From the IMG/VR virus record IMGVR_UViG_3300035689_000001: a DNA stretch of 64,000 nt; one strand, written 5' to 3'. The stretch is from an uncultured virus (IMG/VR IMGVR_UViG_3300035689_000001) (lineage: Duplodnaviria; Heunggongvirae; Uroviricota; Caudoviricetes). Position numbers and translations under genes: made by a program. The notes under the pieces are model-generated. The model made no database searches, had not been told where the DNA came from, and worked only from the letters and a program-made list of their open reading frames with translations. This document shows positions 38,163 through 47,208 of this stretch, piece after piece. Numbering within the stretch: position 1 is the first letter of the stretch; each line of letters opens with the position of its first letter.

Positions 38163-38443
38163 GTTGGCTCATTGGGTTGCTGTTGCTGGCGATCGGGCCA
38201 CTCATCTTAATTCTGTTCCTCCCAACCGAGGAGGCGGTGCTACGGGCGCTTGCCAGCGGTGCTAAGACTGCATCTGCTGTTTCACGGGAGATCGGAAACC
38301 CACTGGGGGCGTGGCTCACCCTGGAGGAACTGGAGCGCCAACGCTTGGTCACGAGCTACCACTCGCAAGGTAGGCGTTACTGGTGCTTAACGCGCTTGGG
38401 CGAGTCCGATTCACGAATTACTGGAGGCCGAAAAGATGTTTAG
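38159..38443 (+). CDS. Membrane-anchored winged-helix-like protein
   Basis: N-terminal TM; LEELERQRLV.S....GRRYWCLT..G is a wHTH/PadR-like tail. Confidence 0.55.
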   Translation: MSWLIGLLLLAIGPLILILFLPTEEAVLRALASGAKTASAVSREIGNPLGAWLTLEELERQRLVTSYHSQGRRYWCLTRLGESDSRITGGRKDV

Positions 38444-38843
38444 GTATTTAGAAAAGTTTCACAGTTGGGCATCACAGCAACTATGGAACCCCGTGTATAG
38501 GGGGGCTGTGCTTGGGCTGTTGGGTGCTTCTGTATTGCTTCTGGTGTTGGGGTTGTTCGGTAACGGCTGGGCCGCCGCAACCGGGAGGGTGTTGGTAGGT
38601 TTAGCGGTTGCTGTCACGACTCCCCTGATTGCCCCGAACTGGGGAAAAACGGCGATCATTCGGTATGGAGCTGCTTGCCTGTTTTTCCTGTCGGTGTTTC
38701 GGCCAGGTTTGGACATGATCGCGCTCTTGATCATGATTATGTCTGATGACTTTTTCGACGATTTCCCCCCACTCCGGAGAATACCGAAGGAAAAGCAACA
38801 GACTGAAGTGCAGCACATCTCTGGGGTTCTGAGAGGAGCCTGA
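38436..38843 (+). CDS. Hypothetical membrane protein
   Basis: Several hydrophobic segments. Confidence 0.6.
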   Translation: MFRYLEKFHSWASQQLWNPVYRGAVLGLLGASVLLLVLGLFGNGWAAATGRVLVGLAVAVTTPLIAPNWGKTAIIRYGAACLFFLSVFRPGLDMIALLIMIMSDDFFDDFPPLRRIPKEKQQTEVQHISGVLRGA

Positions 38844-38848
38844 CGAAC

Positions 38849-39262
38849 ATGGGTGATGCCAAAAGACGGAAACTCGCAAAATCTGCAACTACGGTTGCTC
38901 CAGGAAGCTCGGTCAGCACCATGGAGGTCAAACCGCCAGAATCCCCATTTGCCCCACTTATGGGCAACCTGACAGCAGACGAGTTACGAGACTTCGCCAA
39001 AAAGCACGTTCCAAAAGGTCTTGCAACTTACTTGTTCGTCCTGAACGACTCGGAGCAAGTTATCCCACCCGCGAATGGAGTATTTCCAAAGCGATGGCCC
39101 TATGAAATGCGGTGCCTGGAGGCTTCGCCCGTAGCAATGGCGTGGATTTCAAACGTGTTCCGATCACTCAATGAAAAAGATCAAACCCCAACGGCCTACA
39201 CCAACATCATAAAAATCCTGGCGATCGCCGTTAATTCTGTCGAAGTCGAAGCATATGGATAA
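38849..39262 (+). CDS. Hypothetical protein
   Basis: MGDAKRRK N-terminus, common in phage proteins. Confidence 0.65.
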   Translation: MGDAKRRKLAKSATTVAPGSSVSTMEVKPPESPFAPLMGNLTADELRDFAKKHVPKGLATYLFVLNDSEQVIPPANGVFPKRWPYEMRCLEASPVAMAWISNVFRSLNEKDQTPTAYTNIIKILAIAVNSVEVEAYG

Positions 39263-39974
39263 CTTAAAAGTCCTGTCGATGTGGCAACCCTACCTGGGGT
39301 TAATGCCGGCGCGTAAGAGGAATGAGACGCGCCACTGGAAAACGGACGATCGCGGGTGGGTAGCGCTCCATGCGACCAAGCGCAGCGAGACCCTGGCGGC
39401 TCAGCGTCAGATAGCAGCAGTGCTGTCGAAGTGTACCAAGATGACGCCAGACGAGTGGATGGATCAGTTCCGAGGCTATCCAACCGGTTGCATCGTGGCG
39501 ATCGCCCGGATTGCTGACCAGATCCCGATGGTAAGTCGCAAGGTTGAACGAACCATCAATGATTTTTCCTTGAGGCAAAAAGTTCGGTTCCGCAGATCCG
39601 CAACCCACCAGGGGCATGGCGGTTTGATGACGATCCAGCGGATTGACCATCAGACAGGACTAATTCACCTGGTGGCGATCGACAAGCCAGAATTCGAGAT
39701 CGGAACCTTCCAGCCAGAGGCCCTTGTTCCTGATGGAATCTACATTGAGGAGCAGGAGGAAATCGAACTAGCCACTGGATTGTGGCAAGAAGGCCGCTAC
39801 GCCCATCAGTTTGAAGGCTTCCGATTCTTACCTGAGCCAGTTCCATATCTAGGGCGACAAGGCAAATATGTGCCGCTGGATGACGCAACCGTGAAGGAGG
39901 CGATCCAGCGGCAACTCAATGGGGCGGTGACTACCCTTCCTAAACCTGCTGAACAACTCTCCCTGCTGCCATGA
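39255..39974 (+). CDS. ASCH domain protein with an SH3-like insertion
   Basis: LSMWQPY..L....KRNETRHW....RGWVALHA, GCIVAIA, GRYA, PVPY.G.QG. Confidence 0.85.
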   Translation: MDNLKVLSMWQPYLGLMPARKRNETRHWKTDDRGWVALHATKRSETLAAQRQIAAVLSKCTKMTPDEWMDQFRGYPTGCIVAIARIADQIPMVSRKVERTINDFSLRQKVRFRRSATHQGHGGLMTIQRIDHQTGLIHLVAIDKPEFEIGTFQPEALVPDGIYIEEQEEIELATGLWQEGRYAHQFEGFRFLPEPVPYLGRQGKYVPLDDATVKEAIQRQLNGAVTTLPKPAEQLSLLP

Positions 39975-40609
39975 GTCATCCCATCGATCTTTTTGAACTT
40001 CAGGAAAACCTGCGCTCTATTGGCTGCTCAGAAACCGTCATCACGGGAGCATACCAGGCGCTCAATCCTGGAAAGCTTGTTAAATTCATTGAGGAACAGT
40101 GTCAGCAACAGGTGTTTCTCATCCAGTGCCGTCGGCATCCTGGGAATCTTGGGTCACCCGCATGTGCCGTGTGGGGGCCGTACTTGCCGCATGGGCTCAT
40201 TTTTATTGAGGAGCTTTTCCTGGAAGTCGCCACTCAGCCGGAGATTGATTTTGTCATTGGCCACGAAATCGGCCACTTGACTCCAATCGGGCAGCAGTTG
40301 TTTGAAGGAAAAAGTTTTATCAATCGAATGGAACTTGAGTTTTACTGCGACGCGATCGCTTCCCAATACATCGGGAGCCGGGATCAAGCAATCGCTGCAC
40401 TTGACCGAATGGATGACATCTGTTTCCAGATCGCCAGGAATTTTGGCATAGAACCTGCCGTAAGTCTGTCTACCAGTGGCAAGAAGCGATTGGACGACTG
40501 GGCAAGTTGCCCAACTGAACTTCGAATCGAAATGCTGAAAAAGGGAATCACGACACTGGAGGCGATCGCCCCCAACAAAACCAATCAACAATTTTCTTTA
40601 TTGCCATGA
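39971..40609 (+). CDS. M48-like zinc metallopeptidase
   Basis: FVIGHEIGH, EFYCD, PT..RI motifs. Confidence 0.8.
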   Translation: MSHPIDLFELQENLRSIGCSETVITGAYQALNPGKLVKFIEEQCQQQVFLIQCRRHPGNLGSPACAVWGPYLPHGLIFIEELFLEVATQPEIDFVIGHEIGHLTPIGQQLFEGKSFINRMELEFYCDAIASQYIGSRDQAIAALDRMDDICFQIARNFGIEPAVSLSTSGKKRLDDWASCPTELRIEMLKKGITTLEAIAPNKTNQQFSLLP

Positions 40610-40818
40610 ATGAATTCCCGACAGAAACTGCAACCTCAATAGGCATCTTCGTCATGATCGCTGGTGGCTGTTGTGTTGCCGCGATGATCGCATTGCTGAT
40701 GGGATGGCTATGGACCCAGGCGCTGATCATCTGGGCGCGAAACTTCAACAGCACTGTCGCCAAAACACAAGCATGGATTGAGTTTTGCAACTACCGTAAA
40801 CACCGCAAGTATCACTAA
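40606..40818 (+). CDS. Small membrane protein
   Basis: One TM segment, ATGA-coupled. Confidence 0.55.
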   Translation: MNEFPTETATSIGIFVMIAGGCCVAAMIALLMGWLWTQALIIWARNFNSTVAKTQAWIEFCNYRKHRKYH

Positions 40819-40819
40819 G

Positions 40820-41428
40820 ATGACCAAGGCTCCTCAGGACGAAATTATCGAATACGCCACTGAAGTGGCGGGCATGATGTTGCAGAAGTTCTTCGATCGC
40901 CTTCCGCGAGAAACACGGGAATACCCAGCAGCAGCAGTCTGGCACGATCCTAGGGAAGATATCTGGCAACTGCGGCTCGTTTGCTGGAAGCCAGAAGTGC
41001 CTGCTCCAGACAAATTCAAGCGGGTAATTCTGCTGTCTGATGTCTGCAAAGTGTCAACTGAGCGATACGCTTGTCAGGCATCAATAGATGCGGGCATCCT
41101 GACAATCCCACACGCTACCATCCCGATCATGTCGAGTCACACGGCGATCGCGGCAGAGTTGAGCCGCTATATCCTCAAGGGCGCAGTCGAGGCATTAGAT
41201 ATTCCGTTCGGATGTTCGATAGCTCCCTACGGGCATGAGGGGTTTGTCATCAGTTGGGGCATCACCCTGTTTTGGGGAGAAGAAGCTCACGGCCTCCTCT
41301 CGATTTCAAACACAGAGCTGGAATCTGCAAAACACCCTGGCAATCAAAACCAGATCCCCTTTATCGCGAGTCGTTGCCTGCGGAAATGGCTCACCAGATC
41401 TTCTGAATCTCCTGGAGTTGCACCATGA
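40820..41428 (+). CDS. Hypothetical protein
   Basis: ORF within the operon. Confidence 0.65.
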   Translation: MTKAPQDEIIEYATEVAGMMLQKFFDRLPRETREYPAAAVWHDPREDIWQLRLVCWKPEVPAPDKFKRVILLSDVCKVSTERYACQASIDAGILTIPHATIPIMSSHTAIAAELSRYILKGAVEALDIPFGCSIAPYGHEGFVISWGITLFWGEEAHGLLSISNTELESAKHPGNQNQIPFIASRCLRKWLTRSSESPGVAP

Positions 41429-41823
41429 CCTCTATCAAGTCGCCTCCGATCGCCCGGATCTCAACCGAGATCCTGACCCACCTGAGCTGCGGTAACTGCC
41501 TTGGCTGGTGGAGTGTTTCAGGCTTCCGCCCACCCATCAGGGGCACGGTCTGCTGCCCCCACTGCGGACATGAGAATCAGTTACCTAAACCAACTGACAA
41601 GCCAGTCCTTCCCCCGCAGGCAACCTTATGGATTGCCAGAGGGTACGAAGATGGAATTTGTCGTTATTACCCGGAGTATGCGGGTCGCAGCATCCAGTAT
41701 GTCTCGGCCAAGATCATGCAGGCCGCCAGGGACGAGGGATTTTATGGATATATTGGCGATCGCCTCGCAGCCCTGGGGTGGGAGATCGTTGAAGTCGAAT
41801 TTAGGGCGATTCTCGATCCCTGA
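41425..41823 (+). CDS. Zinc-ribbon hypothetical protein
   Basis: CGNC...WWS...CPHCG. Confidence 0.65.
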   Translation: MTSIKSPPIARISTEILTHLSCGNCLGWWSVSGFRPPIRGTVCCPHCGHENQLPKPTDKPVLPPQATLWIARGYEDGICRYYPEYAGRSIQYVSAKIMQAARDEGFYGYIGDRLAALGWEIVEVEFRAILDP

Positions 41824-41855
41824 GTTGATAGTGCCGTTAACGATCTGGAGGACGT

Positions 41856-42017
41856 ATGAGCCGAATTGAAAAGATTGAAACCGAAGCGGAATACGATGCC
41901 GCATTAGCCCAGATAGATGCCCTGATGGATTGCCAGGAGGATACTGAAGCAGAAACTGAGCTTGAACGTCTGGTTCAACTGGTAGAAGCCTACGAAGATA
42001 TCCATTACCCAATCTAG
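41856..42017 (+). CDS. 53-aa protein matching the N-terminal domain of HigA antitoxins, without the HTH (below the ORF-track cutoff)
   Basis: MSRIEKIETEAEYDAALAQIDALMDCQEDTEAETELERLVQLVEAYEDIHYPI; GGAGGA RBS. Confidence 0.75.
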   Translation: MSRIEKIETEAEYDAALAQIDALMDCQEDTEAETELERLVQLVEAYEDIHYPI

Positions 42018-42089
42018 GTAGGTTGCAAAACCTACATCTGGATCCCTAAGGGTATCGTCAAAGACGAAACTTGAAGAACCGGAGGAATC

Positions 42090-42467
42090 ATGATAACCAC
42101 TTTTCAACAATCTCCAGAACCTGGAGAAATTTGGCAGCACTTTAAGGGCGATCGCTACGAAATCATCGGGGTCTCGACCGTAGTGGAACAGGAAGTGATC
42201 CATTGCGCCCGTGCCAACAGACTTGTTCCAACGTTTTACGCAATTGATACCGAAACTCTGGCCGCGATCGCGGTGTTCCGCATGTTCAACGGGGCGCTAT
42301 GGGCCGCTGAATTTTGTGGCCTGGATGGCGGAATCCCGCAGCTTAGATCACTGGCAGAACCATACTGCTTTTATAAAAAGCCCGGTGTCCTTGGGGTCTG
42401 GGGGCGATCGCTCCAGGAATTTATGGAGCCGAAAGATGACGGGTTACGATTCACCAAAGTTGACTGA
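42090..42467 (+). CDS. DUF1653 domain protein
   Basis: PGEIWQHFKGDRYEIIG...WGRSLQEFM.......RF. Confidence 0.85.
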   Translation: MITTFQQSPEPGEIWQHFKGDRYEIIGVSTVVEQEVIHCARANRLVPTFYAIDTETLAAIAVFRMFNGALWAAEFCGLDGGIPQLRSLAEPYCFYKKPGVLGVWGRSLQEFMEPKDDGLRFTKVD

Positions 42468-42481
42468 GCCAGGAGAGCGCA

Positions 42482-43012
42482 ATGGAATGGCATGAGTTTG
42501 GGAACGGGCAGAAAATGCTGGTCTACCGGGACGAACCAGGCAAATATGATGACCGGATGGAATTCACAGCCGATGAGTTTGAACGGTTCGCTGTCAGTTT
42601 TGCCTACCATTACCCAGATGGCTGCGATCACCAACAGCATGAAGGATTTACTGTGTTTGACTTCAAAGCTAAGCCCAGCTTGGATGCCATGACGGCAGGG
42701 CTGCCCAAGCTTAGGGAGGTTGCTGCCTATGTTTGCAGTTGTGAGGCCCATAGCTTTTCGCTATCCCAATACAGCGCAACCACAGTATTCAAATTGTTGC
42801 GAACCCTTGCCCTTGACTTGTCGGTCAACAGCCAACATCTAGACAGTCCTGAAAGCTGGGTAATCATCAGAGTTATCTGTGAAACCCTGGAAAGCTATCT
42901 CGTCAAAACTGAGTTTTGTCAGGCTCCACTCGCGCCACCCTATATCGTTCAGGAGTATCGAGAACTATACAATCCTGTGGATAATACAGAATTGAAACCG
43001 GAGGTGATGTAG
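42482..43012 (+). CDS. Hypothetical protein
   Basis: 176-aa ORF with AGGAG RBS. Confidence 0.65.
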   Translation: MEWHEFGNGQKMLVYRDEPGKYDDRMEFTADEFERFAVSFAYHYPDGCDHQQHEGFTVFDFKAKPSLDAMTAGLPKLREVAAYVCSCEAHSFSLSQYSATTVFKLLRTLALDLSVNSQHLDSPESWVIIRVICETLESYLVKTEFCQAPLAPPYIVQEYRELYNPVDNTELKPEVM

Positions 43013-43357
43013 TTTGGTACCTTTTGAGCAAGTCGAACCCCGCAGAGCATTTGTGTTTCTCAACAATCACCTGTCTGGTGTCACACGGCCATGCTATTGC
43101 AATGACGATTTGGTTTACGGTTGGGATCATGGGGACTGGATTGGTGCTGTCACGACCCCTGGCACCTGGGTTGCATACTTCTCCTACAGCGAACCGGAGG
43201 AGCGATCGCAACCTCGTGGAATCAAAATGTATATTCCGAGAGATTAGGAATCATTGGTGTTTGGGCAATAAATATCCCGCTGTTCTGTGCTCCTCTACGC
43301 TAATCGGAAACAAAAAGCGATCGCCCCTCAGTGAAAGAGCGATCGCACGGTCAAGGG

Positions 43358-43552
43358 TCAATCGAATTTTTGCAGCCTGTACCCTTTGCGCCTGTGGCTC
43401 TCCAATTGCCAAGGCTCAGAGCAGGCTAAAAGGATATGTCTCACATAGCGAACTCCCAGTGAAAGAGTATTGGCTATTTCAGTAGAAGTATGCCAGTTCC
43501 CATCAGACAAAATCCGATGGACAGCGATCGCACGGGCGATCACCTCTGGCAA
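43358..43552 (-). CDS. Small winged HTH protein (start uncertain)
   Basis: ILSDGNWHTSTEIANTLSLGVRYVRHIL.......KGYRL. Confidence 0.6.
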   Translation of the reverse strand: MPEVIARAIAVHRILSDGNWHTSTEIANTLSLGVRYVRHILLACSEPWQLESHRRKGYRLQKFD

Positions 43553-43632
43553 AAAATCCGCATCCTCCGGGATTTCTCCTAGGTGAATGCGGGGGGCGAT
43601 CGCCTACGTGCGATCGGTGGTGGATTTTTGCA

Positions 43633-43860
43633 TCAGGTTAGCAAGCCACGAGTTTGAATGTAGTTCCTCACCCCCTGGTAGAAGGCTCGCTTGCCGTACC
43701 ACCAGTCATTCCCTGATATACTCCAGGTTTCTGTTAGTACGGCTTTACCTGACGGGTCTATCAATGACCTTCCTGCGGTCAGTGGACCGCAGGAAGGCCG
43801 GACTACTGAGTATCCGTCAGGGAGGGATACGTTGAAACTCTCTAATTCTTTCGAGTACAT
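43633..43860 (-). CDS. Hypothetical protein
   Basis: 75-aa ORF from ATG 43860, co-oriented with its neighbours. Confidence 0.45.
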   Translation of the reverse strand: MYSKELESFNVSLPDGYSVVRPSCGPLTAGRSLIDPSGKAVLTETWSISGNDWWYGKRAFYQGVRNYIQTRGLLT

Positions 43861-43876
43861 TGGAGGATGGATTGTG

Positions 43877-44517
43877 ATATTAGGGTACAAACAGGTGCTT
43901 CCAGCGCGCAAACTGCGGAGCATGGAGGAATTTCTAGAACGCTTTCCAGACGTGAAGGAGGTGATAGTTGATGGCACGGAGCGTCCGGTGCAGCGTCCCC
44001 AAGACCCCGACCAACAAAAGGAGCATTACTCCGGCAAAAAGAAACGCCATACTCGTAAGCACATCACGGGCAGTACCCGAAAAAAGCGAGTCATCCTCTT
44101 GACGAAGGCGAGAGCAGGCACAGTTCATGACAAACGACAACTCGACGAAGAAGACTTGGTGGGTAACATTCCCGATGAAGTCGCGATAGAAGGAGACTTA
44201 GGATTTCAAGGATTACAGAATGAGTATGAGAACGTTCGTTTGCCACACAAGAAACCCAAGGGCAAGGAATTGAGCGAACAACAGAAGCAGGAGAACCGAG
44301 AGTTCAGTCGTCAACGGGTTGTGTGTGAACATGCCCATGCAGGCATCAAGCGTTATCGTTCGGTCACGGATGTTTATCGCAATCGTGTGCCTGATTTCGA
44401 TGACCGCTTAATGTTGAATGCAGTCGGTTTGTGGAACCTGTATCTGGATGCAGCGTAAATTTGGCAGAAAATTGGAAAACCTTGTCTCGAAGCTGCTTCT
44501 ATTTCCCAACAACTCTC
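43877..44517 (+). mobile_element. 5'-truncated IS5-family-type (DDE_Tnp_4) transposase with its right end
   Basis: IVDGTERPVQRP, YSGKKKRHT, GTVHDK, GDLGFQG, PHKKPKG, RVVCEHA; N-terminal HTH missing; probable terminal repeat CTATTTCCCAACAACTCTC followed by TTA; boundaries approximate. Confidence 0.85.
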
Positions 44518-44861
44518 TTACTTTGCAACATTTTTACAGCCATCTTCCCCCACGCCAACCCCTCGGCCTTTGCCTGTTCCGCGATCGCCTGATGAAGCGC
44601 CACGGGGGGATAAATCGTTTCCTTGCGAGTGGTTCGCTGCCGGGTGGCAATTCTCCACTCCTCCCTGATCAGATCCCAGTTGCCGAACTGGGTTGCAGCT
44701 TCCTGCAAATTGTCCGGCAACGGGTTTGGTAGATCGCCCTCGACTATTCCCACATCCCATCGCCCTTCCACCTGCCCCGCCCACAGGCAGTAGGCAACGC
44801 GGGCGGGGCAGGTGCGGTGGGCGAGGCGATCGAATTGGCGGGGTGGGCGGGGGTTAGTCAT
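44499..44861 (-). CDS. Hypothetical protein with a ribbon-helix-helix-like tail; 3' end replaced by the IS end
   Basis: KETIYPPVALHQAIAEQAKAEG; the last codons lie inside the IS terminus. Confidence 0.5.
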   Translation of the reverse strand: MTNPRPPRQFDRLAHRTCPARVAYCLWAGQVEGRWDVGIVEGDLPNPLPDNLQEAATQFGNWDLIREEWRIATRQRTTRKETIYPPVALHQAIAEQAKAEGLAWGKMAVKMLQSKRVVGK

Positions 44862-45102
44862 CAGAGTATTCGTTGTACTCCTCGCAAAGCTCGCCCTCAT
44901 GCAGAAAATACCGTCGCCCGTCAGTAGCGATAGCAGTTCCATCGGAAGCACAATGGGAAACCTCAACGCCTTGCTTTGTTGCGGCAATTGTCGTTTCAGC
45001 GGCGACATTCAGCCGCCGAGAGTCATTTCTGCCCGCCGACAGCAAAACGTTTTGCCCTGGGCGATTTGGAGCTTTTAGCGTGACTCGAAATTCGTGGTTC
45101 AT
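44854..45102 (-). CDS. Hypothetical protein
   Basis: GAGGT RBS and an upstream promoter. Confidence 0.6.
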   Translation of the reverse strand: MNHEFRVTLKAPNRPGQNVLLSAGRNDSRRLNVAAETTIAATKQGVEVSHCASDGTAIATDGRRYFLHEGELCEEYNEYSDD

Positions 45103-45135
45103 TGTGACCTCAAGTGTTTTCTCAACCTCCCCCTA

Positions 45136-45165
45136 ATCATACCGCGCAATTAGGGAGGATGTCAA
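45136..45165 (-). promoter_or_regulatory. Sigma70-type promoter
   Basis: TTGACA-18 nt-TATGAT on the minus strand, with an inverted repeat CCCTAAT/ATTAGGG around the -10. Confidence 0.65.
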
Positions 45166-45313
45166 GCAGGTAGAATAATTTTATTCCGCCATTCTGGAGA
45201 GCGAATGTATTCCCAGTAATCCACATATTCTCGACTACGTTTCAGCATCTAAATACACCCTCTCAAATTCTTCAATAGATTCGTAGCTCCCCACCCACTC
45301 AAGCCGCTTTGAT

Positions 45314-45342
45314 AAAAAATCAGCCCTGCTCAGCAGGGCTGA
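45314..45342 (-). terminator. Intrinsic terminator after hup
   Basis: TCAGCCCTG-loop-CAGGGCTGA followed by TTTTTT on the minus strand. Confidence 0.8.
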
Positions 45343-45370
45343 CGACCAATCAAACTACTCAAAACCTAAA

Positions 45371-45640
45371 CTAAACCGCTTCCTTGAAAGCTTTTCCAGG
45401 CGAAAAGCCTGGGACCCTGGAGGCCGCGATATGCAGTTCTTCCCCAGTCTTGGGGTTCCGCCCCACGCGGGCCTGCCGATGGCGCTGCTCAAACGTTCCG
45501 AATCCAGCGAGCGCAACCTTCTCGCCACTCGCCACCGTCTCGACAATTGCTTCCAGCATCGCCGTTAAGATCTGCTCAGTTTGGCGCTTGGACAAATTGA
45601 CTTTTCCTGCGACACGATCAACTAACTCACCTTTATTCAT
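45371..45640 (-). CDS. hup: Histone-like DNA-binding protein HU
   Basis: MNKGELVD...GEKVALAGFGTFE.R.R.AR.GRNPKTGE...PGF.PGKAFKE. Confidence 0.97.
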   Translation of the reverse strand: MNKGELVDRVAGKVNLSKRQTEQILTAMLEAIVETVASGEKVALAGFGTFEQRHRQARVGRNPKTGEELHIAASRVPGFSPGKAFKEAV

Positions 45641-45731
45641 GTTCCTGCTTAGCTTTTCAAAACGCTAGACAGCATGATAGCAAAAGAAACCAGGATCATC
45701 GCGATCATTCCAAAAAACATCATAAAAACTA

Positions 45732-45760
45732 TTGCACTTTTGTTTTTCCGCTGTTAGGAT
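45732..45760 (+). promoter_or_regulatory. Putative promoter
   Basis: TTGCAC-17 nt-TAGGAT with TGn extension. Confidence 0.45.
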
Positions 45761-45964
45761 ACAAACATGCAACGAATCACCCCCCTCTACATCCCGTGAT
45801 TCCACTTCAAGCCATAGCGCTTTTTGCAGCGAAGCTTTAATCATCAGATCCAGTCATCATCAACCTACATATCGCGGGTAACGCGATCAATTGCTTTAGG
45901 GATCGTAAAGGCATTAGCTTCGCCTTGCCGAAAGACTCACAAGCCACCCTTAAAAATCCCCGTT

Positions 45965-46201
45965 ATGAAACGCATTAAGAATTTAATTGGGTTTTTGTGC
46001 TCACCTGAAATCTTGCTCTCGTTGAGCTTGCTGAATCTCGCGATCAGCCTCAACTTGCAACTTGAGATTTCCAAAGCCTTTGACATCATCGGCACCATGA
46101 TCCAGGCGGAAAATGCGACCCTGAAGATCATCAACACCATCATTGATAAACAGCATCTCCTGACTGATTGGCTGGATAGCATTCAAAGTGCAATCAGTTA
46201 A
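45965..46201 (+). CDS. Small protein with a hydrophobic segment
   Basis: 78-aa ORF from ATG 45965. Confidence 0.5.
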   Translation: MKRIKNLIGFLCSPEILLSLSLLNLAISLNLQLEISKAFDIIGTMIQAENATLKIINTIIDKQHLLTDWLDSIQSAIS

Positions 46202-46250
46202 ATTTGCTTCAAAAAAGCCTGAAAAACTTGCAATAAACTATTGAAATATA

Positions 46251-46279
46251 TTGCAACAGATTTTATTCTTTGTTAGAAT
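46251..46279 (+). promoter_or_regulatory. Putative promoter
   Basis: TTGCAA-17 nt-TAGAAT with TGn extension. Confidence 0.55.
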
Positions 46280-46343
46280 AGATTTGTTACAGGGTTTTTG
46301 GTATCGCTTCAAACCATTACCCAGCAAGGCTTTTAACAGAACA

Positions 46344-46535
46344 ATGATTACCTTCGTCGCCCTCACCGCTATCGCCATTATCGCCGCTCTCGCAACAGCC
46401 TGGTTTGCTTGCCAATTCCTTACCTGGTTTGCTTTTCGCCTCCTCAACCTCGCTTTCCGAATCTTCAGCTTCTTCCTTCAGATCACTCTGGGGGGGCTGT
46501 TCATTCTTGCACTTACGATTCTCCTGATCAGCTAA
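46344..46535 (+). CDS. 63-aa very hydrophobic peptide
   Basis: MITFVALTAIAIIAALATAWFA...FLQITLGGLFILALTILLIS. Confidence 0.65.
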   Translation: MITFVALTAIAIIAALATAWFACQFLTWFAFRLLNLAFRIFSFFLQITLGGLFILALTILLIS

Positions 46536-46592
46536 TCCAATTGAGATTGGCATCGCTTCAAGCCACTGTTCATCAAAGCTTTTAACAAAACA

Positions 46593-46730
46593 ATGATTGC
46601 CTCCGTTGTCCTCGCCATCCTCCTTGCTTTCGCAATCTCTTGGTTCGCATTCCAGATTCTCAAAGCATTCATTCAGATTGCTCTGGGCGGACTCCTGATC
46701 CTTGCGATCGCACTATTCTTCATTCACTAA
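46593..46730 (+). CDS. 45-aa hydrophobic peptide, paralogue of 46344-46535
   Basis: MIASVVLAILLAFAISWFAFQILKAFIQIALGGLLILAIALFFIH; shares WFAF...F.QI.LGGL.ILA and a ~50-nt leader. Confidence 0.65.
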   Translation: MIASVVLAILLAFAISWFAFQILKAFIQIALGGLLILAIALFFIH

Positions 46731-46779
46731 TGCATCGGTTGGGAATTCCCCCCGATCGTTTTATCAAAACTTCCTTACA

Positions 46780-47091
46780 ATGACCTGCAAGCAACAGGGA
46801 AGAATCCCCACCCTTTAGGGCTGGGGAGTTGTCAATCACAATATTTTCAACTCTGCATTCGGACTCAATGCAGCGTTCATCCTGGCGATCGCCGGGATCT
46901 GTTTGATTATGTCTAGAATCCTAATCGCTTCAGCACCAAGCCAGTTGTCTGGCCAGGATTCCATCGACACTGCCGAGCGGATTGAACGCGCTGCTGAGCA
47001 GTTCGCCCTTGATATTTCTCTTGAAGACCTCCAGCAAATCATTGATTTGGCCAATGCTGGAGACTCCACCCTCAATAGCGACGATCACTAG
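46780..47091 (+). pseudogene. Short paralogue of 47209-47847, interrupted in codon 2 by a 51-bp mini-element
   Basis: Removing 46785-46835 gives MTHNIFNSAFGLNAAFILAIAG, in register with MIQDMFNPTFALEATLILTIAG; DTAERIERAAEQFALDI vs DTADKIELAAQQLATDI. Confidence 0.75.
46785..46835 (+). mobile_element. 51-bp IS200/IS605-derived miniature element (PATE-like)
   Basis: Ends in GAATCCCCACCCTTTAGGGCTGGGGAGTTGTCAA; sits after TGAC with no target duplication. Confidence 0.75.
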
Positions 47092-47208
47092 ACCGATCGT
47101 CCAGAACCTTATCTTTTGAACTTTTTGCGCGAGGGCTAGACCCCTTGCGATTCCCCCTTATTCACCTTCGGGAATCCCCCGATTCATTTAACCAAGACGG
47201 TTTTTACA

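Noticed and set aside
43691..43876. N-terminus of an intact 255-aa transposase
   Set aside because: This part is not transposase-like and is antisense to another ORF; the IS is 5'-truncated
45150..45165. Another IS605 right end (GGGAGGATGTCAA)
   Set aside because: It lacks the GAATCCCC hairpin and is better explained as the -35 box of a minus-strand promoter
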